Positions 1 to 12,064 of a stretch of DNA of 64,000 nt are shown here, in pieces (position 1 is the first letter of the stretch; the number at the start of each line of letters is the position of its first letter). Origin of the DNA: Macrostomum hystrix (taxonomy: Eukaryota; Animalia; Platyhelminthes); assembly GCA_950097015.1 (NCBI GenBank), contig CATNEN010000003.1, positions 6,944,001 to 7,008,000 on the forward strand, given 5' to 3'. A program made the translations under genes and the position numbers. The notes under the pieces were generated by a model. That model saw nothing but the letters and a program-made list of their open reading frames with translations, did not search any database and was not told where the DNA came from.

Positions 1-3000
1 CTTCGGAGCCAAGGTCAGCGGCGCGGTGGTTGGCAAAGTCAGATACCAGACTAGTCAGGATGAGCTGACTTGGATGCAGAGATTCAGGACTCGATGCCTG
101 CGATTGAAAGTCACCTGCAGCCTGGATGACGTCAAGCCTATCAGAGAGGAACTGGACAGTAATCCCGACCTTATTGGTATTCCCCTGAGGGTGAGTGCAC
201 TGCTAAGCTCTTCAGCACAGCAGTTTAGTAACCATGCCGTGAGTCGGCTGCTGTTTCAAGTTGATGCATCGGTTCCATATAGGACTTTAAATATATATTG
301 GGATCTTTGCATCTAATCAGGAATCTGTATTGTTGAGGAGGAAAAATTGAAATAGCCTTAGTAAGGATTTTTGGATGCTTAGGATAAATGGCCTATAGGG
401 ATTAGGGATAGGGATAGGGGATTAGGGATAGATGACCTATTAGAATATCTGGGATAGATGGTCAATTAGGGGATTTGGTATCTGATGGACTATTAGGGGA
501 TTTAGAATATATGTTTCATTGTGTGATTAGGGATAGATGGCTTATTAGAATATTTGGGATAGAGAGCCAATTAGGGGATTTAGGAGCTGATGGAATATTA
601 TGGGGATTTGTGATTGATGGTCTATTGGGGGGTTGGAATAGTTGGGTAATTATGGGATCGGTATAGCGGACCTATAAGCGGATTTGGGATTGATGGAGAC
701 TTGTTGAGGCCAAATCTAAATAGATCTAAATAGACCATTTGAACTAGATAAAGTAACATTTGCTCAATCAGCTGCCATGATGAGCTAAAAAAACTCACTG
801 CTTCAGGAACTGGATCCATTTTACATCGGTCGGGACACTTTCATCACGGTGTCCAGCGAGCGCGAACTCTATCGCTTCTCATCGCATCGGAGTTTGGGCC
901 TGTTCTCACCCGACAGCGAGCTCAGACAAGCCGCCATCAGTATTGTCACTAGTATGCAGTTTCAAGCTTTCATTGTCTGCGTCATAATTCTCGACTTTCT
1001 GGCACTGGTGTTTGGTTACCAAGACGAAGTTATCAGCATTGGTTCTGATTTCTTCTTTGCCGTCTACAGCGCCGAGCTCATCATCAAGATGATTGCCTAC
1101 GGCTTGGTGATTGATCAGCACTCCTTTCTGCGCAACGCTCACAGTTGCATAGAAATAGTCGTTGTCGCGTCAAATATCGTGCCACTCTTTTTACCAATAT
1201 CAACCATGTTCAAGTGAGCAGTGCTATATTTGTGATTAGAATCGTTAGAACTTAAACGGGTTTTGATGCAATTTAGGGAAATGATGAGAATGGTATTCTG
1301 GAGAATAGAGTAGCCTAGTTGTAGCCTAGTGATTAGTTAGCGGTTAGGTACAGCTGTGCGCAGCATCTATATGCCTATTTGCTTAGTATAATTTAGCACA
1401 AATGCCCTAAAATTGTTGCCAGGCAGTTGCGTGTCATCCGAGTGATCCGTCTATTCCGCCTGATTGGAACTCTGCAGTTTACTCGCAAAATCATGAAGGC
1501 CATAGTCAACTCTGTCAAGGATCTGGTGCCAGTATTCGGTCTGTTCTTTGCCCTCATCGGCTTCTTTAGCCTATGCTCGCTTGTGTTTTATAAGCGAGTG
1601 CTGTTGGCAAAGTGCGTCCATATTAACTATACGGCAATTTTCGAGGGTGCTGGCGACACCAGAAACTACAGCAGCATTGCATCTGGGTCTTTTGCGATGC
1701 ACAGTCGATTCCTTAATTGGACAGACGACTCAAAAAATTGGCAGCCGGGACCCTACGGAGCTCAAAGGTGCCCTGTAATTACTAGGGTAACCAACTTGTT
1801 GAGCGGACTCATTGATGATAGACATCTCAGAAAGTGCCCGAAACCCTATCAGTGCATCCAGACTACTTCGGGTAATCCCGACTTTGGATTTAGCAATTAT
1901 GACACCCTCATGCTGTCAATGCTTAGTACATTTCGACTACTGTGCCAAGATTGGTGGGACAATTTGTTTATTCAGCTGGTGCTGGTAAACGGTGGTCATG
2001 TGACCACTGTTTACTTTCTCGCACTGATATTTCTAGGCTCGCACTATGTCATCAATCTGGTTCTGTCAACCATCACATTGTCCTATCAGAGGAACGAGCG
2101 CTCTGAGGAGTACAGTGAAAAAGAACTATCGAAAATGATTGCAACCATGCAAATCAATCGCAACAATTTTGTTCGCCGCCAGGTTGAGATCTACAATGTC
2201 CTGGTGGACCAGGGTCGAAACGGACTGAATGAGCCGGATTATCTACGCAGATTAGTTGACTCATTGGCCAACTCGCCGATGATAAATGCCATTGCTGACG
2301 AATTAGTATTGGCTTACAATGAGAAGCCGGAGGCTGGACGAGAAAGCCGTTTGGATGGGCAGCAAGAATGCTGCCTCGGTGCACAGGACAAGCCGGGTAT
2401 TCCAGGCAGATTTGGTGCTCTTCTGAGAAGCATTGTGGCGCGAAAGCACGCATGGGATGGACTTCCAATCGACTGGCTGATCAACTTTGTCATATTGATG
2501 AACGCCACAGAAATGTTAGTAGTGACGCCGGTGCACGTGCAGTCGCTGAGAATTCTTGAAGGTACAAATTTGATTTACACCATGATATTCACTGTTGAAG
2601 CCATCATCAAAATTAGATACCAAAGGATTCGTTATTTAAGAAATGTAATGAACGGATTCGATCTATTGATTGTATTAATCTGCTTGGTAGAGATGATGTT
2701 ACCCTCGAGCCACAGCCGACTAGCCATGATACTTCGCATGACTCGCTTTCTGCGTCTGTTTAAATTGGCGCGAGTTTCTAAAGAGCTCGAGAAACTCATC
2801 ACCGTCATGCTACGATCGTTCAAGTCCGAAATGCCTTTGATTTTTGTCAGCTTTGTCATTGTCCTGATCAGTGCTGGTATCGGCATGGTGATGTTTCAGG
2901 AAACATACATGAAGCACCCGCAATATTTGAGGCCAACACAAAACTTTGCCGATCTCTATAATAGCATCTTGTTAGTGTTTCGTATTATGTGCGGCGAGTG

Positions 3001-5530
3001 GATTGAAAATTTGTGGGTCTGTATGAAAATTATGGAGACTGCAACAGACAAAGGATTTTGCGTTGTGTACTTCCTCACTAACCAGATCATAGTCAGTCTG
3101 ATTATTTTCCAACTCTACATTGGTATTCTGTTGAGCAAGTTTTCAGAAAACCGATTGGAGCAAGACAAAATAGCCAAGCAGGCCAAGGACGCCCTGGACG
3201 GAACCAACGGACAGGGTGCCGTCCGGGTCACCGAGGACGAACGCGCCAAGCTAAGCGGACAGCAGCTGCTGCTGAGAATAAAGAACTCTCTCCTTAAAAA
3301 GCTTGGCCTCAAAAGTGGCAAAGGCAGCCAGAGTAGTAAAGAGTCGGTGAATGACACTGCGTTCACGCGTTTTCAAGCCCGGCTAGGCTCTATCGCTAGC
3401 AACAATTCCAGCTCCTATCCAAACTATATTTTGGTAATGACTATTCTGAGCTCGACTGCTCTAGTGCTTGACGACTATCACTTAAAGAGTGACCCGGGGC
3501 TGCAGAGGATCTGCGATCATCTGGAAATTATTTTCCTGTGTGTATTTGGCGCCGAGGTAATCATCAAGATGACCGCTTACGGACCAAAAGAATACATGAG
3601 CAGTCAATGGCGAATACTGGACCTTGTGATTGTCGTTGTATCTCTGCTAGACATCATAATTAGCAACTTGTATCATAGTGACGAGGTGAATCTGGCAGTT
3701 CTGCGAGTGTTTCGCACACTCAGATGTCTGCGGATTCTTCGCACAGCCAATGTGTGGGACGGCTTCAAGCTAACGATCGGCGCCCTGTTCCGCTCCGTTG
3801 GAAGATTGTTGTTCGCGTTTTTCGTCGTCATCATTGTCTGGCTGATGTTCGCGCTGGTCTCTACAAGCCTATTCTCTAACAAGTTCTACAGGTGTATGAA
3901 CAATAGCGAAGTGATTGATAGGCTAATAGTTCCGAATAAGACTGTCTGTCTGAGCGCCAATCATAGCTGGGTCAATAAGCGAATTAATTTTGATAACACA
4001 CTGAATGCTATGCTTGCACTGCTAGAGATTTCAGTGTTCAAGGGATGGATTGACATTTTCCAGGACATCTCCAATGCGCCCGACAATGTTAACGAACAGC
4101 CGAAAATTGACCAAAACTCTTCCGTCACTGTGTTGATTTATATACTATTTATTATCATTGGCTCATTTTTCATGATAGGCATGCTTATTGGTGTCATTGT
4201 GGATAGCTTTGAGTCGGAGCGAAGCAAAATGGCTATGCTAACAGACAGCCAAAAACGACTGCAGAGCACGCTAAAGCAGTATTTAATGTTTCCACTGAAT
4301 CCATCAAAGCCAGTACCCGATGGTTGGCTGAGCAAAAGCTTGAGCAGAATTAACAACACTATCTATGTCGAGGTATTTTACCTGGTGCTCATTCTAACAA
4401 GCACTGTGTTGATGGCTCTGCAGTACCACCCAGGCAAGAGCAGCCTTGTGAATGTCTATCTAACGGCTATAGATGACCTTATTTTGTTTTTCTTCACAAT
4501 GGAGATCATTATGAAGATTATAGGCGAAGGTCCCTATTATTTGGTGCCTTTGCTAAGCTGGAATTTGCTAGATTTCACCATCGTCATGTTGTCAGTTGTC
4601 GGCGAAGTGTGCGACGAAGCCTTCGACTTGCAATACCTTCGCGTGGTGAGATTCGCTCGAATCTTTCGAATGGGCCGCCTATTGGCCAAATCGACTAATA
4701 TAAAAACGGTGCGAGATATCCTCCTAGCCATGGTCACTACGATGCCAAGCATGTTCAACATGATTGCCCTGCTCATCATGACCATCTGCATATTTTCCAT
4801 CATCGGAGTCAGCCTATTCAACGACCAAGATGGCAACGATGCGCATCCGTTTAATGAGCTCTTCAATTTCCGCAGCTTCGCAGCCACTTGGAGAATGCTG
4901 TTTATCGTGAGCACATCTGCTGGCTTCAACGACTATCTAGATGGTACCATGCAATTCTCAGCACCCTACTCAACTGTTGGCATACTGTTCTGGGTGTGCT
5001 ACCTATGTTTGTCATTCTTTGTGCTGACAAACCTGATTGTATCGGCTGTGATTTCCAGCTACAATGAGGTGTTCAATGATGAAGTTTCAGAATACCAGCT
5101 GCAAGCTGCGGAGACACTGACCAAAATGTGGAACGATTTCGACCAGCAGGGTACGGGCAGAATGCACACCAGATACATCAGTGAGCTGCTGGACCTTCTA
5201 CCAGTGCCTCTGCGCATTCCGCAGCCAAATTCCATCATCATTAGCAGCAAGCAGATACCAGTTAGCGAGGATCTGTACGTCTCGCACCGCGACATGGTCA
5301 AAGTCATTGTCAAGGGCCTATTAGAAGAGATGGGCTTTCTAAATCCGGACGAAGTACAAGCAAACATGAAAGATGCCATAGATAACAAATCTCGGCTAAA
5401 CACTAATATTCTGTACAGCCTGCGCATGGCAAGCAACACACTGAAGGCTGCTTGGCGACAGAAAATGCTTCGACAGGGCATTGCTAAACTGGAAAGCGGC
5501 GGCCAGGTGAATAAAAGCCGTCGAAATTAA
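1..5530 (+). CDS. Voltage-gated sodium channel alpha subunit (Nav1-type, DEKA filter), 5' end outside window; exons <1-190, 807-1213, 1423-5530
   Basis: Spliced N-terminus reads NPDLIGIPLR|ELDPFY..TFITVSSERELYRFS (Nav PLEDLDPYY..TFIV..IFRFS motif). Four 6-TM repeats with R-x-x-R S4 helices. Pore motifs QDWWD (1949), GEWIE (2996), FKGWID (4040), SAGFND (4919). C-terminal EF-hand-like WNDFD..GTG. GT-AG introns 191-806 (phase 0) and 1214-1422 (phase 2) keep the frame. Confidence 0.93.
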
Positions 5531-6092
5531 TAAGGACACATCGGAGGTGAACATTTAATGAAATCCAAATTCTAAATCAAACATTGATTGGATAGACTGA
5601 AGTTGATCCAGACTATCGATAAACACGCATGAACAATTTCAGCTATTGATTAAAAAAGCGCAATTAATCTGATTGACTATCATAGAGAACACACGCCACT
5701 TCCCTTAATAAAATAATCGTAGAATATCTTTCAATAATATTCCTTGTCATTTCAAACTAACTCAATCCATTTGTTAACTACATGTATCAAAACCAACAAC
5801 AGTACCTTTAATATTACAGAAGCTAATGGGAAAAACAGTCTGTCAAGTATCTATGCCGAGTTTGAATTGGCAACAAATTAATGAAAACGAATAAGTGTTC
5901 CAATTGAAGCGGTTTTCAGTTTCTGATTTTGTTATTTAATTTTCCATCGTTGCACAGTGATAAAAAGAATTGGCAATGTATAAACTATAAAATATTAGTT
6001 TTTTGCTAAATATATCGTTAACAATAACACACTAACGTCTTTCGAAGGCTCCATTTCTGATGATTACAATTAGGTGCATTAAAAAGTAGCTG

Positions 6093-6548
6093 TCACAGGC
6101 GAACATGACGCGCCAAATGTACTAGATAGACCACACTGGCCACAATGCCGGCCAGATTTAGAATCATGCTGACACCGTGCAGCCGTCTGAACGCGGCTTT
6201 ATCTTTACGCTTGAGAGCCTGGCTAACCCTAGGTCCTAGGAAGAGCTGGTGAAACAAGGCGCTCAACGAGCTAGCAAACAGTACGGCCACTATGCCGGCA
6301 TTGCTGCGAACAACCTGACTAAGGCTAGTGCCTGAAGTTGAGCAGCGCAGTTGAACATAGCTGCCTAGCAAACCAGTCGACAGCACACTCTGAGTTAGGA
6401 AGTAGCGCGGAAATATGACCGATTGCACCTCTTGAAAGGTTTCCGACGACAAAGCGCGAAACAGACTTGGGCCGTGCACGAAGGTCACCCACAATTGGGT
6501 GCCAAATTGGGCACCCCAGACAGATAGATTGACCAGAGACGAGAGCAT
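6093..6548 (-). CDS. TMEM205: TMEM205-like (DUF4149) membrane protein, single coding exon
   Basis: Motifs FGTQLWVTFVHGPSLFRALSSETFQEVQSVIFPRYF and FRRLHGVSMILNL match TMEM205 family motifs. First ATG at 6548. Confidence 0.85.
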   Translation of the reverse strand: MLSSLVNLSVWGAQFGTQLWVTFVHGPSLFRALSSETFQEVQSVIFPRYFLTQSVLSTGLLGSYVQLRCSTSGTSLSQVVRSNAGIVAVLFASSLSALFHQLFLGPRVSQALKRKDKAAFRRLHGVSMILNLAGIVASVVYLVHLARHVRL

Positions 6549-6707
6549 TTGCTTGTTGTACTGTGTGGCCCTTTTAAACTGGCTAGCCAAGACTGACTGC
6601 TTTGTATTTTGAAGTTGAGTTGTTTAAAATGTTGATTTTAACTGAAAAAAGTGCATTTAACAGAAATTTAGTCTTTGAATTTAGAATACGGAGTGGTAAA
6701 ATATATA

Positions 6708-7690
6708 TCTGAGGGAGTGACTGAATCAAGAACTGAGGGAGTGACTGAATCAAGAACTGAGGGAGTGACTGAATCAGGAACTGAGGGAGTGACTGAATCA
6801 AGAATTGAGAGAGTGACTGAATCAAGAACTGAGGGAGTGACTGAATCAGGAACTAAGGGAGTGACTGAATCAGGAACTAAGGGAGTGATTGAATCAAGAA
6901 CTGAGGGAGTGACTGAATCAGGAACTGAGGGAGTGACTGAATCAAGAACTGAGGGAGTGACTGAATCAAGAACTGAGGGAGTGACTGCATCAGGAACTGA
7001 TGGAGTGACTGCATCAGGAACTGAGGGAGTGACTGAATCAAGAACTGAGGGAGTGACTGAATCAGGAACTGAGGGAGTGACTGAATCAGGAACTGAGGGA
7101 GTGACTGAATCAGGAACTGAGGGAGTGACTGCATCAGGAACTGAGGGAGTGACTGAATCAAGAACTGAGGGAGTGACTGAATCAGGAACTGAGGGAGTGA
7201 CTGAATCAGGAGCTGAGGGAGTGAATGAATCAAGAACTGAGGGAGTGACTGAATCAGGAACTGAGGGAGTGACTGAATCAGGAACTGAGGGAGTGACTGA
7301 ATCAGGAACTGAGGGAGTGACTGAATCAGGAACTGAGGAAGTGACTGAATCAAGAACTGAGGAAGTGACTGAATCAAGAACTGAGGGAGTGACTGAATCA
7401 GGAACTGAGGGAGTGACTGAATTAAGAACTGAGGGAGTGACTGAATCAGGAACTGAGGGAGTGAGTGACTGAATCAGGAACTGAGGGAGTGACTGAATCA
7501 GGAACTGAGGGAGTGACTGAATCAGGAACTGAGGGAGTGACTGAATCAGGAACTGAGGGAGTGACTGAATCAGGAACTGAGGGAGTGACTGAATCAAGAA
7601 CTGAGGGAGTGACTGAATCAGGAACTGAGGGAGTGACTGAATCAAGAACTGAGGGAGTGACTGAATCAAGAATTGATGGACTGACTAAAT
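6708..7690. repeat. 24-bp minisatellite (GAGGGAGTGACTGAATCA(G/A)GAACT), about 40 copies
   Basis: Direct tandem periodicity. One 4-bp slip near 7462. Confidence 0.97.
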
Positions 7691-8817
7691 TCGGAACTAA
7701 GGGAGAAGCAGGAAGCTAAAAATAACTTGCAAAAATAAGAAATGTAAAAGCTAAAAAGCAATTGTTTTGTTTAACATCAGAGAAAGTAATCATCCATCAA
7801 TTTTTTTAACAAAATTTTTAGATTCTAGCTAGTTTATGAAACAGATGCTACAATACTCTGTATTTAAGTACATGTGCTTTATTATAACTACTGAGATAGT
7901 AAATAGTTTGATGCAATAGCTAGCTAAAATATGAAATAGATTTTTTATGCATTGGTCTTTCACAACAATAGGATATAATATACAAAAAGGCTAAACAAAA
8001 CGCTGTTTGTTCAGCCTTAACTGAATTTTGATGATAATAATTAAATCTAACTTTCATAACAAAAATATTATGGCTATGACATGCATATTATTAATTGGTA
8101 TTATTATGATATTGAGCTAATATATAATTGATTGAAGAATTAAAGCTTAGTAAATTGTAAATATACAAATAAAAAGCTATCTAGATGTAGAGCATACTGT
8201 TATAGTAATGTGCAATTAGCTATAATCTCAAAATGTTACTTTATTTTACATTTCTACTATTGGCTTGACTTTTTGAGTATTTCAGGCAACTTATTATATA
8301 TATTTTATGTTATATTATATAACAAATGTCGATAGAAAATGTATATATAAACAATAGCTAATAGTGTGTGTGCACAGGCCACTCATTTTACTTTTAGCAT
8401 GGCAGGATGAAATTACAAGGACATTACAAGTTTTGTACCTTATAAAGGACTATCGGATTGAATATCTTAGACTTAGTTATGAGGTCTCAATTAATCCTGT
8501 CATTTTTTAAGTCTATAATAAGGTACGTCATAATGTATTTAAGATATCTTGAGCTCAACACAAGCTGTTCTTGGAAATTTTAGTATTTTAAAACGGTGCA
8601 AAAAATGTGAGTTACGCTGCGATCTAATACACACGGCGAATGCAAAAAGTTGTACTTTTTCTTCAAAGCACACTGAAGACAAAACTATAGTGAAATTTTA
8701 CTTTATAAACAGTTATAATTTCTCTGATTTCCTATCTTTTACAAATTGTTCAACCATAAACAATGAACATGCTTGCTTGTAAAGTTCAAATGTTAATTTA
8801 TATGTAAGAGAAATCCA

Positions 8818-9847
8818 TTATACTGAATAATAAAACAGCTCAAAGAACCAATAATTTTGATCAACAGCAGTGCTGCAGATAGGCAATTGCTGCTGCTGTT
8901 GCTGCTGGGAAAACCATGGCAGCCCACCATTAGCGCCCCGGCAGGCATTTAGAAAACAGGTTTTCCCAACTGGATCAAAGTCGACGGATCCGCATCCGGC
9001 AGTTCCAGAACAATTAGCCAGACAATCAGCCAGCCGATCAACATAATATGGACCGGCGGCATTAGCCAGATTGTAGCCAGGTGCGTAACTTCCAGTGTGG
9101 CCGAGAAAAATCTTCGACGATTGCTTTAAACGGAGGATGCGTGTCAAGCTCGTTGGTTACATGTAAGTACGAAAACATGTTTATCCATCGAATTAAATTG
9201 ACGAGAGAAATCAGTCGGAATATAAACAGCATGGAAGGGCGTCACTTTAGATTGGGAGATCCGGACTTGGGAGTGTCGAGAGAAGCTTTAAGAGGGGCCG
9301 GAGTGAAGCGCAGCATGATCTTTGCCATAGGGGCGGAAATGTGACAATTTTGGAGATGCAAGCGACGGCCACCCACGCAATCAACTGTGTGGGCGATGAC
9401 ATGTGATTCAAGTACTGTTGATTGACATACCCGCACAAAAACAGCGCAGGTTCGGTTGCTGACGCCCGCATTCTGCAATGACGACGTCGTGGCATTGGCA
9501 ATGAGAAACTTAGTCGCTAAAAATGCCGAGCCATCAGCATTGACACCGGCGTCAATCAGGCAGCCTGGTCCGGCCGATCGAGAGCTCGACGCGATCGCGT
9601 CGGCAGCTTCATCGCCGGAGCAAGTCAGGAAAAACTCACAATCGTGCGGCCTTGCGGCGGCGCAGGCTGATGAGCAAACTAACGAGCGCTTTGCTGAAAT
9701 TAACTCGGTCGGATTAGTTAAGCTGTTGTAGAAATTGGAATTAGCTACAACAAACTGTTGAATTCGAGTCGACAACCCAGCAGATACTACGGGCATTGTC
9801 TGCACCGAGATTAGTCCAATGAATAGCAGGATGAACTTGCTAATCAT
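8818..9847 (-). CDS. Secreted cysteine-rich protein with C-terminal PAN/apple domain; probable exons 9246-9847 and 8818-9148
   Basis: Signal-peptide-like start MISKFILLFIGLISVQTMPVVSA. C-terminal CLANCSGTAGCGSVDFDPVGKTCFLN fits the PAN/apple C-x3-C-x5-C-x-S-x-F..C-x-L pattern, and a second C-x3-C cluster lies N-terminally. A phase-2 intron (AA|gtgacg...acgag|C) joins the two ORFs. Probable 5'UTR intron 9859-~10997. Confidence 0.6.
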
Positions 9848-10244
9848 AATTGTCAGATCTGCACAAAAGAATAAGAGAAAGAGAAATACCAAGTACAAGT
9901 GTATTGTTTTATTTTTTACAATTGCACTAATTAACTACACCAGTGTCATAGAGTACATTAGAACGAAACCATACGCCAGTACTAATAAACTATGCTAAAT
10001 ACTAGTAAAGTTCACTAGCACTAATAATTAAAGTTCACTATTACTAATCAAGTACGCTAGTACTAATAAAGTACGCTAGTACTTACTAAGTTCACTAGTA
10101 CTACACAAGTAACTTGCTAATCATAAATTTGGGATCTGCATGCTTGCGAATTGGGAGATTTTAGTCTGGATTTTTCTCCTCAATTGAAAGTAAAAAAACG
10201 TACGCACAGAAACATAAAGAATATAAATAATACCCCAATGACAA

Positions 10245-10816
10245 GTTATAGCCATCGACTCAATTTGAGCAGGTGTGTTATAGCCATAGACTCAATTTGA
10301 GCAGGTGTGTTATAGCCATCGATTCAATTTGAGCAGGTGTGTTATAGCCATAGACTCAATTTGAGCAGGTGTGTTATAGCCATCGATTCAATTTGAGCAG
10401 GTGTGTTATAGCCATAGACTCAATTTGAGCAGGTGTGTTATAGCCATAGACTCAATTTGAGCAGGTGTGTTATAACCATAGACTCAATTTGAGCAGGTGT
10501 GTTATAGCCATAGACTCAATTTGAGCAGGTGTGTTATAGCCATAGACTCAATTTGAGCAGGTGTGTTATAGCCATAGACTCAATTTGAGCAGGTGTGTTA
10601 TAGCCATAGACTCAATTTGAGCAGGTGTGTTATAGCCATAGGCTCAATTTGAGCAGGTGTGTTATAGCCATCGATTCAATTTGAGCAGGTGTGTTATAGC
10701 CATAGACTCAATTTGAGCAGGTGTGTTATAGCCATCGATTCAATTTGAGCAGGTGTGTTATAGCCATAGACTCTATTTGAGCAGGTGTGTTATAGCCATC
10801 GATTCAATTTGAGCAG
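10245..10816. repeat. 32-bp minisatellite (TTATAGCCATAGACTCAATTTGAGCAGGTGTG), about 18 copies
   Basis: Direct tandem periodicity of 32. Confidence 0.96.
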
Positions 10817-11158
10817 GGTGAACACAATAGGGCAGTCTAAAGTTTATTGCTGAAGAGAACTAATTGCTTATCTTTGACTAAAATTCGAACTCCCGACCAC
10901 TCTATCAGAAGTAACTAACTAAAAAGTGGAGAGCGAACTGCTCTTTAATGCAACAAAATCTTATTTTACAGAACGATAAACATTTGAAGACTCACCGTTA
11001 ATTAGATTGAATCGAACCTAAAAATGTAGAATGTGGCAAAAAATTATCATTTTGCAGTTTCACCTTAAAATAGCTTCTTTAATCAACAGTTTCACCGAAC
11101 TAGAGAGCAAAACAAAGTTGGAGCTGGTTAAATAGAAAATAATTTTCTGCTTTCTCTA

Positions 11159-11172
11159 GTTGCCATGGCAAC
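11159..11172. promoter_or_regulatory. Perfect palindromic X-box (RFX site) GTTGCCATGGCAAC upstream of the PAN-domain gene
   Basis: Exact match to the RFX consensus GTNRCC-N0-3-RGYAAC, about 160 bp upstream of the putative 5'UTR donor at ~10997. Confidence 0.4.
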
Positions 11173-12064
11173 AGTTAGGCGCATGCGAGAAAATTAAATG
11201 AAAAAGAAGAGAGAGAGTTGCGGAACCCTTTGAGAAATATTGGACTGTTTTATCAAAGTGGTCAAGGAAGAACTCAACATAGCCTCTTAAGTGAGGAACA
11301 CAAGCACCTACCTACCTGAAAGTGTTCATGATTTTAAGTGTTTATAGAACGATGCCTGGCTTCAGAGAGAAACCAATATAGATTTTTTGAGCCAGACGTG
11401 AGCAAGCAATTTAATCAGTCGATTATCGAAATCCGGATTAACTTTGTTTGTGAATTTCAACGTGGATTTTCATTTTTTGGAAAGCTCAGAGAGATTAACC
11501 GCATCGTATGCTATTTTTATATTCAACAAATCTCAAAGCTAAATCATACTTTCAGCGTGTTTCATTTCCTGAGCAAAAATTTTCGTTTTGTAGAAAAAAA
11601 AATTAAACGAATAAGCAATCATCTACTAATAGTAGCACAAAAGGCACATACTGATTATTCAATGTAACAGCGATTTTGTAAAAAGGACGGATTTTTAGAA
11701 CCGTAGCAAGGCATTGCGGAAGATAGAAAATCATTACACACTCTTCAGTTGTCTAAACTGATATTTAAACAGTTTTCTCGAATAAGATTTTTTTAAGTTA
11801 TAAAAAACAAACAGAATGAAAACATTCTGAAGATTTTACGACACTCAGTAACTCTTATCGTCGTTAAGGTCTTACAAAATCTGTAAAATCGAAAAAATGG
11901 TCAGACGAAACAATAAATCGATAAAAAAGACGAAGCTGTACATTAATCAGACCAATCCGTGAATTGATTTGAACAATCTATGAATTGGTCAGACCAAACT
12001 GCAAATTGAACAATTCAATTCGATCTGTGAAACGATGGGACTAATCGGCAGATTGCTTCGGCAA

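Noticed and set aside
6583-7719. Long ORFs with PSVPDSVT / TESGTEGV repeats (mucin-like)
   Set aside because: Products of a stop-free 24-bp minisatellite open in several frames on both strands, with no unique coding flanks.
10245-10816. 32-bp repeats resembling a CRISPR array
   Set aside because: Head-to-tail units with no unique spacers, eukaryotic context and no cas genes.
11338-11667. 109-aa + strand ORF
   Set aside because: AT-rich, non-ATG start, no recognisable motif.
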